Origin: Candidatus Iainarchaeum sp.
Lineage (GTDB): Archaea; Iainarchaeota; Iainarchaeia; Iainarchaeales; GCA-2688035
DNA: 40,241 nt
Assembly (NCBI GenBank): GCA_016932355.1
Contig: JAFGDB010000062.1
Location: 1 to 40,241, forward strand
Direction: 5' to 3'
Part shown: positions 18,369 through 28,038 of the stretch, in pieces
How the letters are laid out: each line of letters starts with the position of its first letter
Position numbering within the stretch: position 1 is the stretch's first letter
Translations under genes and position numbers: made by a program
The notes under the pieces: generated by a model
Seen by the model: the letters and a program-made list of their open reading frames with translations, nothing else
Databases searched by the model: none
What the model was told of the DNA's origin: nothing

Positions 18369-18446
18369 GCAGAACAGCACAGGAGCGGCTCAGCAGGGCA
18401 TTAGCCGGATTAGATGAATGGCTTGTGCTGCACAAACCTAGCCTGA

Positions 18447-18875
18447 TTAAAAAGGCAGCCCGCCCCTTGCATTCTCTTTTGGCTTGAAGGAACCAGGATT
18501 GAACAAGCAATCAAGGATGAACTTGGACCATTTTTTTGCAAGCTGCTGCTTTTCCAGGGAGAGCTGCATTTCATTCAAGCCCTCAACATCAGATTCCTCT
18601 ATTGCTTTTACAATCTTTGCCTTTGAATTCATTTCCAGGTCAATGAGCTTGCTGAGCAAAGCCTCAATCTTGAAGTCCTTTTCCGCATACAAAACAAAAA
18701 CAAAAACAAGGTCTGCCTCATTCACAACCTTGGAAACGGCTGCAGGCACATCCTCTGGAAAGGGCACAAAAACTGGCTGGCAGCGCAGGCCAGCAACCTG
18801 CTTTTCAAGCAGGCCTGCCAGCTCAGGGAAGAAATTTATGCCTGTTTTGCTGTCCGAAACAAGGAACACTTTCAT
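18447..18875 (-). CDS. Divergent archaeal riboflavin synthase/lumazine synthase-fold protein
   Basis: Length and pattern resemble archaeal RibC: VPFPEDVPAAVSK vs VPGIKDLPVACK, ADLVF, C-terminal LFNP. Confidence 0.5.
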   Translation of the reverse strand: MKVFLVSDSKTGINFFPELAGLLEKQVAGLRCQPVFVPFPEDVPAAVSKVVNEADLVFVFVLYAEKDFKIEALLSKLIDLEMNSKAKIVKAIEESDVEGLNEMQLSLEKQQLAKKWSKFILDCLFNPGSFKPKENARGGLPF

Positions 18876-18979
18876 ACCAACCTATTTGTTGCAATGTCCT
18901 TTTATAATTTTTAGTCCCCTAAAAGCTGCCAATGCAAAACCTATTTAAATAAGGTCCAAGTTATCTATAATGAACCTAT

Positions 18980-20518
18980 ATGTATGGGCCTGACAAGTTT
19001 GATGAGCCGCATTACAGCGATGAGGAAATAGATTTGGGCGGGGAAGGCTTTGGAAGCCAGGTTGCCGAAATGCTCGGCCCTGCAAAGCAGTACCTGCCGC
19101 ACATAATTGTAGCAGTTGTTGCCATAGTTGCAGGCCTCCTTTTGTACGACTACTTTATTGGCTCTTATGGAAGCGTTACAATAACGCTGAGGGACACTGA
19201 AGGGGAATACCTTGATGACACCAGCCTGAAGCTTTTTGCAGAGGGAAGCGCGCAGCCTTTGTTCAGTGAAAGCGGAAGCAGCACTTACACAATCTCCCTA
19301 AAGCCTGGCAGGTACAGGTATGAGGCAACCTCGCCAGGCTATGCAGTGAAAAGGTCAAGCGTTGAAATCGCAAAGGGCGAGACAACAAGCGAAATTGAAC
19401 TTGAAAAGGACATTGAGGTTGAAATAACCGGATTTGGAAGCGTTTTTCCTGAAAGGCTCTACGCAGGGCAAAGCATTGAACTGGAAATAAGGCTGGAAAA
19501 CAAGAGGGGCGAGACCGCCTCGGTGCAGATAGTGCCGGAGCAGAATTTGGAGGATTATGCAAGCGAAACCCAGGCCGTTCAGGTCCCTGGCTCTGGAACG
19601 GCAGCAGCCACCCTTACTGTAAGCGTTCCAGCCTCAGCAAGCATAGATGACCAAACAGAGGGCGACCTGAAAAAGGCAGCTGTTAGAATCAAGTACACAA
19701 ATGAAAGGGCTTCATCTGAATTCACGCTCTACCCAAACCCAAAGGAAAAGATAACATTAAGCAGCCCGAGCTTCAGCGTAAAAGCAATTGGAGGAAAAAA
19801 CAAGCAGAGCAGGGACATCAGGATAACAAACAGCAACAGGTTCCCAATTGAAAACCTGGAGCTAAGCATTGAAATAACCAGCAGCACGGAAAACAGCAAG
19901 GAAGAGGCAAAGGAATGGTTCCAGTTCACAGAGGTTGCAGACCAGCCAGAGCCCTGGAAGCTGGACATTGAAAGCATTGGGGCTGGAAAAAGCGTTGAAA
20001 AGGAATTGCAAGTAATTGTCCCGCTTACGGCAGAGGACGAGCTTGGGATAAAGGGCAACATTGTGCTGGATGCAGGCTACTTCACCCAGCCGAAGAAAGA
20101 GCCCTTAACCCTTGACATAACCGAAAAGGCAAGCTATGAAATAGAGCTCAGCCTGAGCCCAAGGCAGCCTTACAGCATTGAATGGGACAGTGCAATAGGG
20201 GGGTATGAGGAGAAAATTGTTTCCCTCAATTTAAAGAACTCAGGCCAGATTGAATTGGAGAACATTGTTGTTTCTGTTGAAAATGATGAAACATGCAGCA
20301 CGAGCTGGCTTGTCTTCCTTGAAAACTCTTTGGACAGCCTGGCTATTGGCCAGACAAGGGAGCTGAAGGTGAGAATAACTGCGCCATTGTTCCAGAGGGG
20401 CAATGAAAGCCCAATCCACTGCGATTTGCACTACAGGTATGACAACCCCTTAGAGCTCGGCAGCTATGTAGAGGACACCATAATTGCGTTCATTGAAATC
20501 GAGCCAGAAGCAGATTAA
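18980..20518 (+). CDS. Membrane-anchored acidic protein with tandem Ig-like/PEGA-like beta domains
   Basis: Single N-terminal TM (HIIVAVVAIVAGLLLY), LKPGRYRYEATSPGY, repeated lxNxG strands. Confidence 0.75.
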   Translation: MYGPDKFDEPHYSDEEIDLGGEGFGSQVAEMLGPAKQYLPHIIVAVVAIVAGLLLYDYFIGSYGSVTITLRDTEGEYLDDTSLKLFAEGSAQPLFSESGSSTYTISLKPGRYRYEATSPGYAVKRSSVEIAKGETTSEIELEKDIEVEITGFGSVFPERLYAGQSIELEIRLENKRGETASVQIVPEQNLEDYASETQAVQVPGSGTAAATLTVSVPASASIDDQTEGDLKKAAVRIKYTNERASSEFTLYPNPKEKITLSSPSFSVKAIGGKNKQSRDIRITNSNRFPIENLELSIEITSSTENSKEEAKEWFQFTEVADQPEPWKLDIESIGAGKSVEKELQVIVPLTAEDELGIKGNIVLDAGYFTQPKKEPLTLDITEKASYEIELSLSPRQPYSIEWDSAIGGYEEKIVSLNLKNSGQIELENIVVSVENDETCSTSWLVFLENSLDSLAIGQTRELKVRITAPLFQRGNESPIHCDLHYRYDNPLELGSYVEDTIIAFIEIEPEAD

Positions 20519-20564
20519 AGCAGGCTCTGCTTCCCAAAGCAGTTATTTGAGCAATCTCCCCAGG

Positions 20565-20969
20565 TTAAAGGCTCTTGCCTATGAGTTCTTTCAGGCTCTT
20601 TGGGGCATCCACCCCTTTTGCCATAAACTCTTCCTTTGAAAACCACTTCATCTGGGCAATGCGCTCGTTCTCCTTGTGCGGCAAAACAGGCTTTTGTGTT
20701 CCGGCATCGCACCTGAAAACCGTGTTCACAACCATTGCGCCATCGCTCAAGCGCATAAAATAGTATACGCCAACAGCCTCCAGGGCTTCAACTTTGAGCC
20801 CTGCTTCCTCCCAGGCTTCCCTTTTCAGGGCTTCAATGGGGTCTTCACCGTGCTCAACCTTGCCGCCAGGCAAATCCCAGATTTTTTTCCTTCCAACCTC
20901 TAGCTCAAGGGCAAGGAACCTGCCTTCCCTTACAATAAGGGCCTTTATTGCAGCAAATACATCAGGCAT
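20565..20969 (-). CDS. NUDIX hydrolase
   Basis: Nudix box WDLPGGKVEHGEDPIEALKREAWEEAGL. Confidence 0.92.
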   Translation of the reverse strand: MPDVFAAIKALIVREGRFLALELEVGRKKIWDLPGGKVEHGEDPIEALKREAWEEAGLKVEALEAVGVYYFMRLSDGAMVVNTVFRCDAGTQKPVLPHKENERIAQMKWFSKEEFMAKGVDAPKSLKELIGKSL

Positions 20970-21079
20970 ATCAGAAATAACACTACATGGGAAAATTTAA
21001 AAAGGAAAAGGAAAGCCCCTGTTTGCAAAAGAATTTTATATGAAAAGGGCATATATTAAAGGGTTAAGAGGACTTTAAA

Positions 21080-22561
21080 ATGCGCAAAATTCTGCTATTG
21101 GTGGCAATTGCACTCATGCTGCCTGCAGCATTTGGGCAGGAAAACAGTACAGAGCTTACAATTGACCACATACACACAGCCGCCATCCCAAATGCATACT
21201 TTGACTTCAGCTTTACAGTTGGAAACATGGCAGGGCCTGCCTGCGACTCAAAGGTTGAATACTGGCTTGGAACAGAGGAAAGCAGGCTTGTGGAGGGAAC
21301 AGACACCCTTTTTTTGGGCGAGGGAACCAAAAAAACGATTGAAACATTCCTCCTTGTTCCGGCAAGCGCAAAAGGCGTAACAACATTCTACCTGCAAATG
21401 CAGTGCAACGGCTCAACAGCGCTTGCAAGCAGGACAATAAGGGTAGAGCAGCCAACAGACACAACCCCAAAGATAATTGAATTGAAGGTGCTGAAAAACA
21501 CCGAGGACAAGGAGTTCGACTTTGGCTACACCCTAAAATCATACCAGGATGAGGCACAGCCGGCAAGGGTTGAAGAGGTTATAACCAGCGAGGACAAGGC
21601 AGTATGGAAAAGCGAGCAGTTTATAAGCCTTGCAGGAACAGAGGAGTTTGCAAGGCAGGGGCCTCTGCTTCCGCCAGGGGCATATACCCTGACAGTGCTT
21701 GTAACAAGAGACAGCCAGACCTCAGCCTCAACAACAGCCTTTGAAATTGAAGGAAGCGGCTTTTCAGGAAACCTCAGCCTTTCAGGAATTCTTTCAATCA
21801 TTGCAATTGGGATGTTTTCAATTATTGCCTCTGTGCTGATATTTGAATCATGCGGCTACAGGCTGATAAGAAAGCAGGACAGCGAAGCAGGAAGCTTTTC
21901 ATTGGGAACAAAGCCGCCTGCAGCCCCTGCGCCAGGATTATGCAAAACCGAGGAAATTCCAGAGCCAGAGAAAAACTATGTTGGCCTTTCCGAATCAGAG
22001 TCAAGCGGCATGCTTGAAAAGGAGGAAATTGAAAAGCTTTTGGATGACGCAGGCTTCTCCAAGGGGGAAAAGCTTGTTGGCATGGAATTTGCCCACGCCG
22101 TTCCAGTAAGCCAAAGCGTTAAAAGCTGCATTTTCATTGACAAGTTTGACAAGGCAAACTGCGAAACAACAATTACAGTCAACATTGAAAACGAAACAAG
22201 CAACGACTGGTGCGATGTAAATGTTTTGGGCAAAATCCCGAAATTTTTGTCAGAGAACGTTTCAGAGGTTTCAGCTGACAGTGATTTGGAGGTAACAAAA
22301 GAGGGCTCAATCATCAAGTTTGTGATTCCCAAGATTGCTGCAAGCGAAACAGCGAGCATTTCATACACAATACCAAAGTGGGTTACGCAGGAAAAGGCAA
22401 AAAAGGTTCCGCTGCCTGCAGTTGTGCACTTCACAAACGTTAAGCCCTTGAAGGTCAAAAGGGGGGAAGGCAAAAAGCTGGAAAAAAGGGAAATTGCAGA
22501 AAAGCAAAAAGTGCACAAAAGCAAAGGCAGGAAAAAGCAGGGGAAAATCCAGGCTGATTGA
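21080..22561 (+). CDS. Signal-peptide-bearing single-pass membrane protein
   Basis: MRKILLLVAIALMLPAAFG signal, central TM (ILSIIAIGMFSIIASVLIF), beta-rich domains, basic tail. Confidence 0.8.
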   Translation: MRKILLLVAIALMLPAAFGQENSTELTIDHIHTAAIPNAYFDFSFTVGNMAGPACDSKVEYWLGTEESRLVEGTDTLFLGEGTKKTIETFLLVPASAKGVTTFYLQMQCNGSTALASRTIRVEQPTDTTPKIIELKVLKNTEDKEFDFGYTLKSYQDEAQPARVEEVITSEDKAVWKSEQFISLAGTEEFARQGPLLPPGAYTLTVLVTRDSQTSASTTAFEIEGSGFSGNLSLSGILSIIAIGMFSIIASVLIFESCGYRLIRKQDSEAGSFSLGTKPPAAPAPGLCKTEEIPEPEKNYVGLSESESSGMLEKEEIEKLLDDAGFSKGEKLVGMEFAHAVPVSQSVKSCIFIDKFDKANCETTITVNIENETSNDWCDVNVLGKIPKFLSENVSEVSADSDLEVTKEGSIIKFVIPKIAASETASISYTIPKWVTQEKAKKVPLPAVVHFTNVKPLKVKRGEGKKLEKREIAEKQKVHKSKGRKKQGKIQAD

Positions 22562-22609
22562 ACAGCCCCAAAAAGGCAAAAGCTAATTGAATTCTGTAAA
22601 ATCCAAAAA

Positions 22610-22625
22610 AGCCCCGGGAGGGATT
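22610..22625 (-). repeat. Distal att site: copy of the tRNA-Thr 3' end
   Basis: AGCCCCGGGAGGGATT vs tRNA AGCCCCGGGAGAGATT (31052-31067), 15/16. Followed on the minus strand by a T-run. Confidence 0.85.
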
Positions 22626-22773
22626 ACCGCTCCAAATCAGAAGCCCGCCTGCATTGGCCGGCTGAAATTTTTATACAGAAACTATATAATGCGAGGGAGT
22701 TAATTAATTTATCGTCTGACATTCGTTTAACAAATAGGCTTAAATTTGTTTTAATAGATTAAATTTAGGTTGG

Positions 22774-24573
22774 ATGACTCGTTGTACACGTTGTGGAGAG
22801 AAGATAAAAGACCTGCCATTTCACTGTCACTATTGTAATTGCTTTTTTTGCAAGGAACATAGACTGCCAGAAAACCATAACTGCGATGCACATAGAGAGT
22901 ATAGTGAAGTTCGGCGAAGACGTTTTATTGAAATAGTTAAAAGTTATGTTACCTCTTTCATGCCAGTTGAAGAAAGTTTAAAAGGGGAGTCAGGAGCAAA
23001 AGTTAAGGGGGTTCCGCATACTGTATTTGAGAATGGCGAACTTAAAACAAAGACTAAAGTGAAAACTGTAGGCGAGCGAGCTCCCAAAAGCAGTAATTCT
23101 TACAAAAGTAAGCCTGCCATAAAATTCCGTTTCAATAAATTTAGGCTAAACAAGTCGATTGTTAAGTTTCTTGTTTTAGGGGGCGTTTTGTTTTCTATAA
23201 TTCTGTTGGTTACATATTTTCTTAATGTAAATTCTGTGGTCAGATTGGAGAATGTTAGGGCCAATGCTTACAAGTTAGCTAGTTCTAGCCCTCTAAAATT
23301 AGCGGTGAGAATAGATTACGAACTAGTTGATAATGCTACGGCAGTATACTTACAAACAGGCATTGAGCGAAAAACAAAAGAGTTGAAATGTAAATCTGCA
23401 GGCAAGTGTTCTGAAAGGATAAGTTTGCCAATCTCCGGTTTTTCATTAGTAGATGAGAACGCAGCGGAACCCACTTATGTTACCGAAAAACAAAAATACC
23501 TTCTTTGCGCGGAGTTTGAGAATCCCCTTATATTAAAGCAATGCAAGCAAATCATCTTGGAACCCTTTAATTTTAAAACTTCAGCAGCGGTTTCTATCGA
23601 TGCAAAAAACTTTACGTGTCCACAGGATTATCGTGAAGAAGGTGGTTTATGTTTAAAAATAAAACGTTGTGAAGATGGGACGGAATATGGGAAATGTAGT
23701 AATGAAAAACCCATATATTGCGAGGATGGTAACTTAGTTTCAAAAGCTAGTGTTTGTGGTTGTGGGGTCGATGAAGAAGTCGAAGAGGAAGAATGTGTTT
23801 CGATTTTTTTGAACGGGTCTGAAGAAAAAGAATTTGAGTATGTATTGCGTGGCGAAAGAGGAAAAATTTTGTTTACAACATACAAAGGATTGAATGACTA
23901 TTTAGCTGGTCAGCCAAGAACATACTATTGTGATCCTACTTGCCCCTCTGACACCGATATAGAGCTAAAATATCTTTCGGAGGAGCACCAAACGAAGGAG
24001 TTGAATAAACTTGTTCAGCTAATGCGTGAGGAAGCAGATAGTAAGGATGACCAAGCAAGAGTTGCTATAAGTTTAGTCCAGAAGATACCTTATGATTGGA
24101 TTGGTTTTGAAACAGGATTTTTATCTGGGAGATACCCTTATGAAGTTCTGTATGATAAAGCAGGGGTTTGTGGCGAAAAATCAAAACTCTTGGCCTACCT
24201 ATTAAAATCGCTTGGGTATGGCGTGGTGCTTTTTCAATATGATGAGGAATCCCATCAAGCAGTGGGGGTAAAATGCCCCCTCGAATATAGCTTAAATCAG
24301 GGGGGTTATTGTTTTATTGAAACCGCCAGGCCAGATATTCCAACTAATTATAGTGGTGATTATGTGGGGGTAGGAAAATTGCCCGCAGTGCCATCAGAAA
24401 CAATAAAAGTTAGTGATGGCAGTTCATTTGATAGCATTGGAGAGGAATATAATGATGCATTAGAGTGGAATAGAATTGATGCAATTGCTGAGAAATCGGG
24501 TAACGTTTTGCTCCCGGTTTATTATAATTCTTGGAATAGGCTGGTGTACAAATACGGGATTGAATTTGATTGA
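22774..24573 (+). CDS. AN1-type zinc finger + TM + Cys-rich + transglutaminase-like domain protein
   Basis: CTRC..LPFHCHYCNCFFCKEHRLPENHNC; TM around aa 130-150; RYPYEVLY..GVCGEKSKLLAYLL..HQAVG..FIET (putative Cys-His-Glu triad). Confidence 0.8.
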   Translation: MTRCTRCGEKIKDLPFHCHYCNCFFCKEHRLPENHNCDAHREYSEVRRRRFIEIVKSYVTSFMPVEESLKGESGAKVKGVPHTVFENGELKTKTKVKTVGERAPKSSNSYKSKPAIKFRFNKFRLNKSIVKFLVLGGVLFSIILLVTYFLNVNSVVRLENVRANAYKLASSSPLKLAVRIDYELVDNATAVYLQTGIERKTKELKCKSAGKCSERISLPISGFSLVDENAAEPTYVTEKQKYLLCAEFENPLILKQCKQIILEPFNFKTSAAVSIDAKNFTCPQDYREEGGLCLKIKRCEDGTEYGKCSNEKPIYCEDGNLVSKASVCGCGVDEEVEEEECVSIFLNGSEEKEFEYVLRGERGKILFTTYKGLNDYLAGQPRTYYCDPTCPSDTDIELKYLSEEHQTKELNKLVQLMREEADSKDDQARVAISLVQKIPYDWIGFETGFLSGRYPYEVLYDKAGVCGEKSKLLAYLLKSLGYGVVLFQYDEESHQAVGVKCPLEYSLNQGGYCFIETARPDIPTNYSGDYVGVGKLPAVPSETIKVSDGSSFDSIGEEYNDALEWNRIDAIAEKSGNVLLPVYYNSWNRLVYKYGIEFD

Positions 24574-24577
24574 AAAT

Positions 24578-25069
24578 TCAATTTTTTTTGTGATGATGAT
24601 AAACTGTAGCAGCCCCAATTATTCCTATTAAGATAGAACCAATTCCAATTGAAAATCCCGCTTGAGCCACTTGCGATGCAAATTCTTGCACTGCTAAGAA
24701 ATTTAGGAATACAAAAACAAGCGATAAAATGCCTGCAATGGCTTCTGGGGTCCTGCCTAATGCGTTTATTCCTCTGAGGAAATAAAGAACAACGGACACA
24801 AAATAAGTTATGATTAAAGCAAAAAATACCAGCAGAGATATTTTGTATTCACCAGAGTTTAAGTTAACAGCAATCATACCCCCTGTATTGTTTTGCTCTT
24901 TTTCGTTTTCTTCAACACTTATATAAATACCTTTGATGAGTTGATAAGGGGTAAGACTGTTTTCAGAGAAATCAAATAAGTTTTGAGAAACAATTGGAAG
25001 AAACATCGAAAATAGTAAAAGGAAAAAAGCGAATAAACCGCCCCCATTGACTCTGAAGTAGTATTTCAT
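24578..25069 (-). CDS. Hypothetical multi-pass membrane protein
   Basis: 163 aa with about four hydrophobic segments. Confidence 0.7.
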   Translation of the reverse strand: MKYYFRVNGGGLFAFFLLLFSMFLPIVSQNLFDFSENSLTPYQLIKGIYISVEENEKEQNNTGGMIAVNLNSGEYKISLLVFFALIITYFVSVVLYFLRGINALGRTPEAIAGILSLVFVFLNFLAVQEFASQVAQAGFSIGIGSILIGIIGAATVYHHHKKN

Positions 25070-25106
25070 AATAATATCCTGTACTTGAAAGAATATTTTA
25101 ATCTAT

Positions 25107-26342
25107 TCAAATCCCTCTTTTCCCAAGTATTTTGTCTATCTCTATTGGTGTGTATTTGATTAATTCCACGCTCACATTAATTGTCTTGTTCTCTGAATTT
25201 ATTAAAGGAAACTCTGTCGGATGGTTGTTATGGTGGTGTCCGTGTATTATCCATCCCTTCCAGCCCTTAGGTTTTAGTGCTGGATCATGCGTTAAAATAA
25301 ATTCTTCGTCCTTGTATTTCAAGAAAACGTTTTTGTCTTTTGAATAAAATGTTTTCAACTTAATGTCTTCGTGATTTCCTTCGATGAAAACAATTTTTCC
25401 GTTTAGTTTTTTCAGCCAGTATTCTGCGCTGTGGCTTCCTTTTCCAAAAGCCATGTCGCCTAAAAAGTAGACAGTGTCTTGGTTTCTCACTGTGTTGTTC
25501 CAGTTGCTTACAAGTATGTCGTTCATTTCTTTAACGTTTTTGAATGGCCTCTTTGTGTATTTTATGATGTTTGTGTGGTCTAAATGCAGGTCGCTTATTA
25601 GGAATATTTTCTTGCTAGTAGATGGCGTTTCTGCCAAGTGAATCTCCAATCTTTTCCCGCCGTTTGCTTTTATTTCTTTCAAGGCGCTTATTGTTTTTTG
25701 CATGCTTCTTCTGCTTAAGGCTTCATACCTGTGAAGCATCTCTCTTTGGATGAAATCATATTCTCTCAATATTTTGCCTTTCTTCAACAAGGTGGCTCTT
25801 AAGAGGCACTGGTCTATGTTGGGAATCTCAAGGCTTGAAACATAGCGCCAAATCTCGTCAAATTTTTCTTCAATGTCTCCATGGGCGATTGTAGTATGGA
25901 AGATAAAATCTAATTCAGGCATATCCCAAGGCTGCGCTTTGCAAGTAGTGTTCAATTCTTTTGCCAACTCACTTCGGAGTCCAATCAATTCTGTAGACGG
26001 CTTGACATTCAAATAGATAACATGTTTGTCTATGTGATCAAACCCGTTGAGCTTAAACTTAACTAAGTCAAATCTCTTGCAGATGCTTACAAACTTTTTT
26101 ATCATCTCATTTTCATCGGCTGTTGAAAAGCCACCATACAAGCTGATGTGCAGCGGCTTTCCTTTGCGTATCACTTGCTTTACTTGGAACTTGCGAGAAA
26201 TGTTTTTGGAAAGCTCTTTCGCATATCTTTTGGCATAGCCATGAAACCTAAATTCAATCAGGTAGTTTGCACACTTCTTTTTTGATTTAAGTCGTTTCTC
26301 TTTTTGTTTAAGCAAAGAACTCAATTTTTTTAATGTTATCAC
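25107..26342 (-). CDS. 2H phosphoesterase (2'-5' RNA ligase family) fused to a calcineurin-like metallophosphoesterase
   Basis: HISL and HTTI (HxS/T) motifs, then SDLH, WNNTV, LGD, GNHE, THDP, IHGHHH, INVSVE. Confidence 0.85.
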   Translation of the reverse strand: MITLKKLSSLLKQKEKRLKSKKKCANYLIEFRFHGYAKRYAKELSKNISRKFQVKQVIRKGKPLHISLYGGFSTADENEMIKKFVSICKRFDLVKFKLNGFDHIDKHVIYLNVKPSTELIGLRSELAKELNTTCKAQPWDMPELDFIFHTTIAHGDIEEKFDEIWRYVSSLEIPNIDQCLLRATLLKKGKILREYDFIQREMLHRYEALSRRSMQKTISALKEIKANGGKRLEIHLAETPSTSKKIFLISDLHLDHTNIIKYTKRPFKNVKEMNDILVSNWNNTVRNQDTVYFLGDMAFGKGSHSAEYWLKKLNGKIVFIEGNHEDIKLKTFYSKDKNVFLKYKDEEFILTHDPALKPKGWKGWIIHGHHHNNHPTEFPLINSENKTINVSVELIKYTPIEIDKILGKRGI

Positions 26343-26650
26343 CGAAACCGCTTCCTTCGTCTATGTTTTCTCTTCCTTTTTTTCTTAACTGGCACATACT
26401 CCCCATAAAAGATTGGGGCAAATTCATCTCTCCAAGCTTCATAACCACTGTAGATCCACAACCAGAATTTAACAGGCTTCCCACCCACATATGGTTTTAT
26501 GTCAGCTCGGCTGCAGGTTCTATTCTCATATTTTTTATAGCAAGGTATAGGGCCATCAAATCCAACGCAACCAAATAAGTCAACAATCTTTGTACTTCCT
26601 TTCTTCCCAAATAAATGTTTAATCCAATCCAGAGGAGTCAATTTAATCAC
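26339..26650 (-). CDS. Hypothetical protein with a basic C-terminus
   Basis: 103 aa, overlaps both neighbours, KKKRKRKHRRRKRFR tail. Confidence 0.6.
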   Translation of the reverse strand: MIKLTPLDWIKHLFGKKGSTKIVDLFGCVGFDGPIPCYKKYENRTCSRADIKPYVGGKPVKFWLWIYSGYEAWRDEFAPIFYGEYVPVKKKRKRKHRRRKRFR

Positions 26651-26903
26651 CCGGTTTATATTTTACATAGAAAAAGATTATAGCAGCAGCTATTCTAAGA
26701 ATTATGTCAACTGCGTCTGGAAAAGGTAAAGCAACCCTCACCATCAGCATAATAAGAGAGGTAAAAGTGCCAGTGAAGGCTTCTGTAGTCATTCCTGACG
26801 CCATGAACCCGAGAACGGGCAACATCATTTCTATAAAGATTCGCCCAACTACAAATGAAGAACCAAGTGCATAGGCAGCCACTATATCCTCTTTCCAACC
26901 CAT
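26643..26903 (-). CDS. Small hypothetical membrane protein
   Basis: 86 aa, mostly hydrophobic, first gene of the overlapping operon, TTTAAAATA upstream on the minus strand. Confidence 0.6.
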   Translation of the reverse strand: MGWKEDIVAAYALGSSFVVGRIFIEMMLPVLGFMASGMTTEAFTGTFTSLIMLMVRVALPFPDAVDIILRIAAAIIFFYVKYKPGD

Positions 26904-27134
26904 ATCCTAATCGGCTGCATTTCTTATTTTAAATTATTATTTTTGAGTTTTGCAGCGCCATATTTTTTCAAAAGCCCCCCAGCAATTCCCTGGAAAGACT
27001 CATTGCTGAAAACCTTATCCACAAGTCAAATCTGCCCCCTGTAATTGAACTAAATGTAGCAGTCCATTGCATCCTTCTTCTCGTGCCTTGCCTGTGTAGC
27101 CGCAAATCACTTTTTCTGGCTTAATCTGACTCAA

Positions 27135-27257
27135 ATTACAAAAAGAAGCCCAGTTGACCTAAATATTTAGGTAGCGGAGGTAGCGGAATACCTCAGTTGG
27201 GCAAAAGGAGCGAGAATTGAGTACTAGTTGCTCCTACAAAGTATTGATTTTTGTAAT
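27135..27257 (+). ncRNA. Candidate structured non-coding RNA (multi-branch)
   Basis: Five mutually compatible helices read by eye. G-U pairs favour the + strand. No family recognised. Confidence 0.4.
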
Positions 27258-27340
27258 GCAGTTTAGGAATACTATTAGTGCGTTGTGTACGTGAACATTA
27301 GCGTTTTGATTTAAATTTTTTGTTTTCTATTTGCCTGTTT

Positions 27341-28027
27341 TTATTTGAATAAGAATGAGAACAATGTTCCAAGTTTATTATTTATCATCATTTCAATTTC
27401 TTTTGCTACTTGGATGTAATTACTGTTTTTTAATCCAAAATAATCTGTAGTGACGAATTTTGTTTCTTCCTTTTTGTTGGTCAAAGCGGTTCGAATCCAG
27501 TGTTCATTGTCCGGGTGATGAATTACTTTGCCGTATTTTTGGTTTATTTGCTTGCAGCCTTCTTCAATTACTTCAATGCATTGGTTCACTTGCGAATCTG
27601 GAAGTTGATCTTTCATAAAATAAGTTCTAGCAATGAGCGCAAAATCTCCTTTTATTTCAGAGAGTTTCTTGTTTATATTTGTAGCGAATGATTCTCGTTT
27701 TTTCAAATCGGTGTCAATATCCTGGACACTTAAATCTAATAGTTTGAGCCCTTTCTTAAGTTGGTTTTTATCTATGAAGTTTGTTTCAGGCAGTAAGCTT
27801 ATGGCTTTGTCTAAGCTCTTTTTTGAATTTAAATAAAGAAGCATTGCTTCGATAGTGGTATGAAAAGTGTCAACAAGATCATAGAACTCGTGTTTAACTG
27901 AGGACACTAAAACGCTTTTTGCCTGTTTGAAGTCATTTTCAATTAGGAGGGTGCTCTTAATTCTTTCAGTTTCTTCTTTCCCCAGATAAGCGCTGATGAA
28001 TATGTTAGTATCGGGAGAGAGAATCAA
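27341..28027 (-). CDS. PIN-domain protein (VapC-like RNase)
   Basis: LSPDTNIFIS, VKHEF, HPDNEH, FVTTD give the PIN acidic tetrad, with a long helical insertion. Confidence 0.75.
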   Translation of the reverse strand: MILSPDTNIFISAYLGKEETERIKSTLLIENDFKQAKSVLVSSVKHEFYDLVDTFHTTIEAMLLYLNSKKSLDKAISLLPETNFIDKNQLKKGLKLLDLSVQDIDTDLKKRESFATNINKKLSEIKGDFALIARTYFMKDQLPDSQVNQCIEVIEEGCKQINQKYGKVIHHPDNEHWIRTALTNKKEETKFVTTDYFGLKNSNYIQVAKEIEMMINNKLGTLFSFLFK

Positions 28028-28038
28028 GTGAACACCTG

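Noticed and set aside
27015..27023. Perfect DnaA box TTATCCACA
   Set aside because: Single copy in an archaeal island, with no cluster or unwinding element; probably chance.
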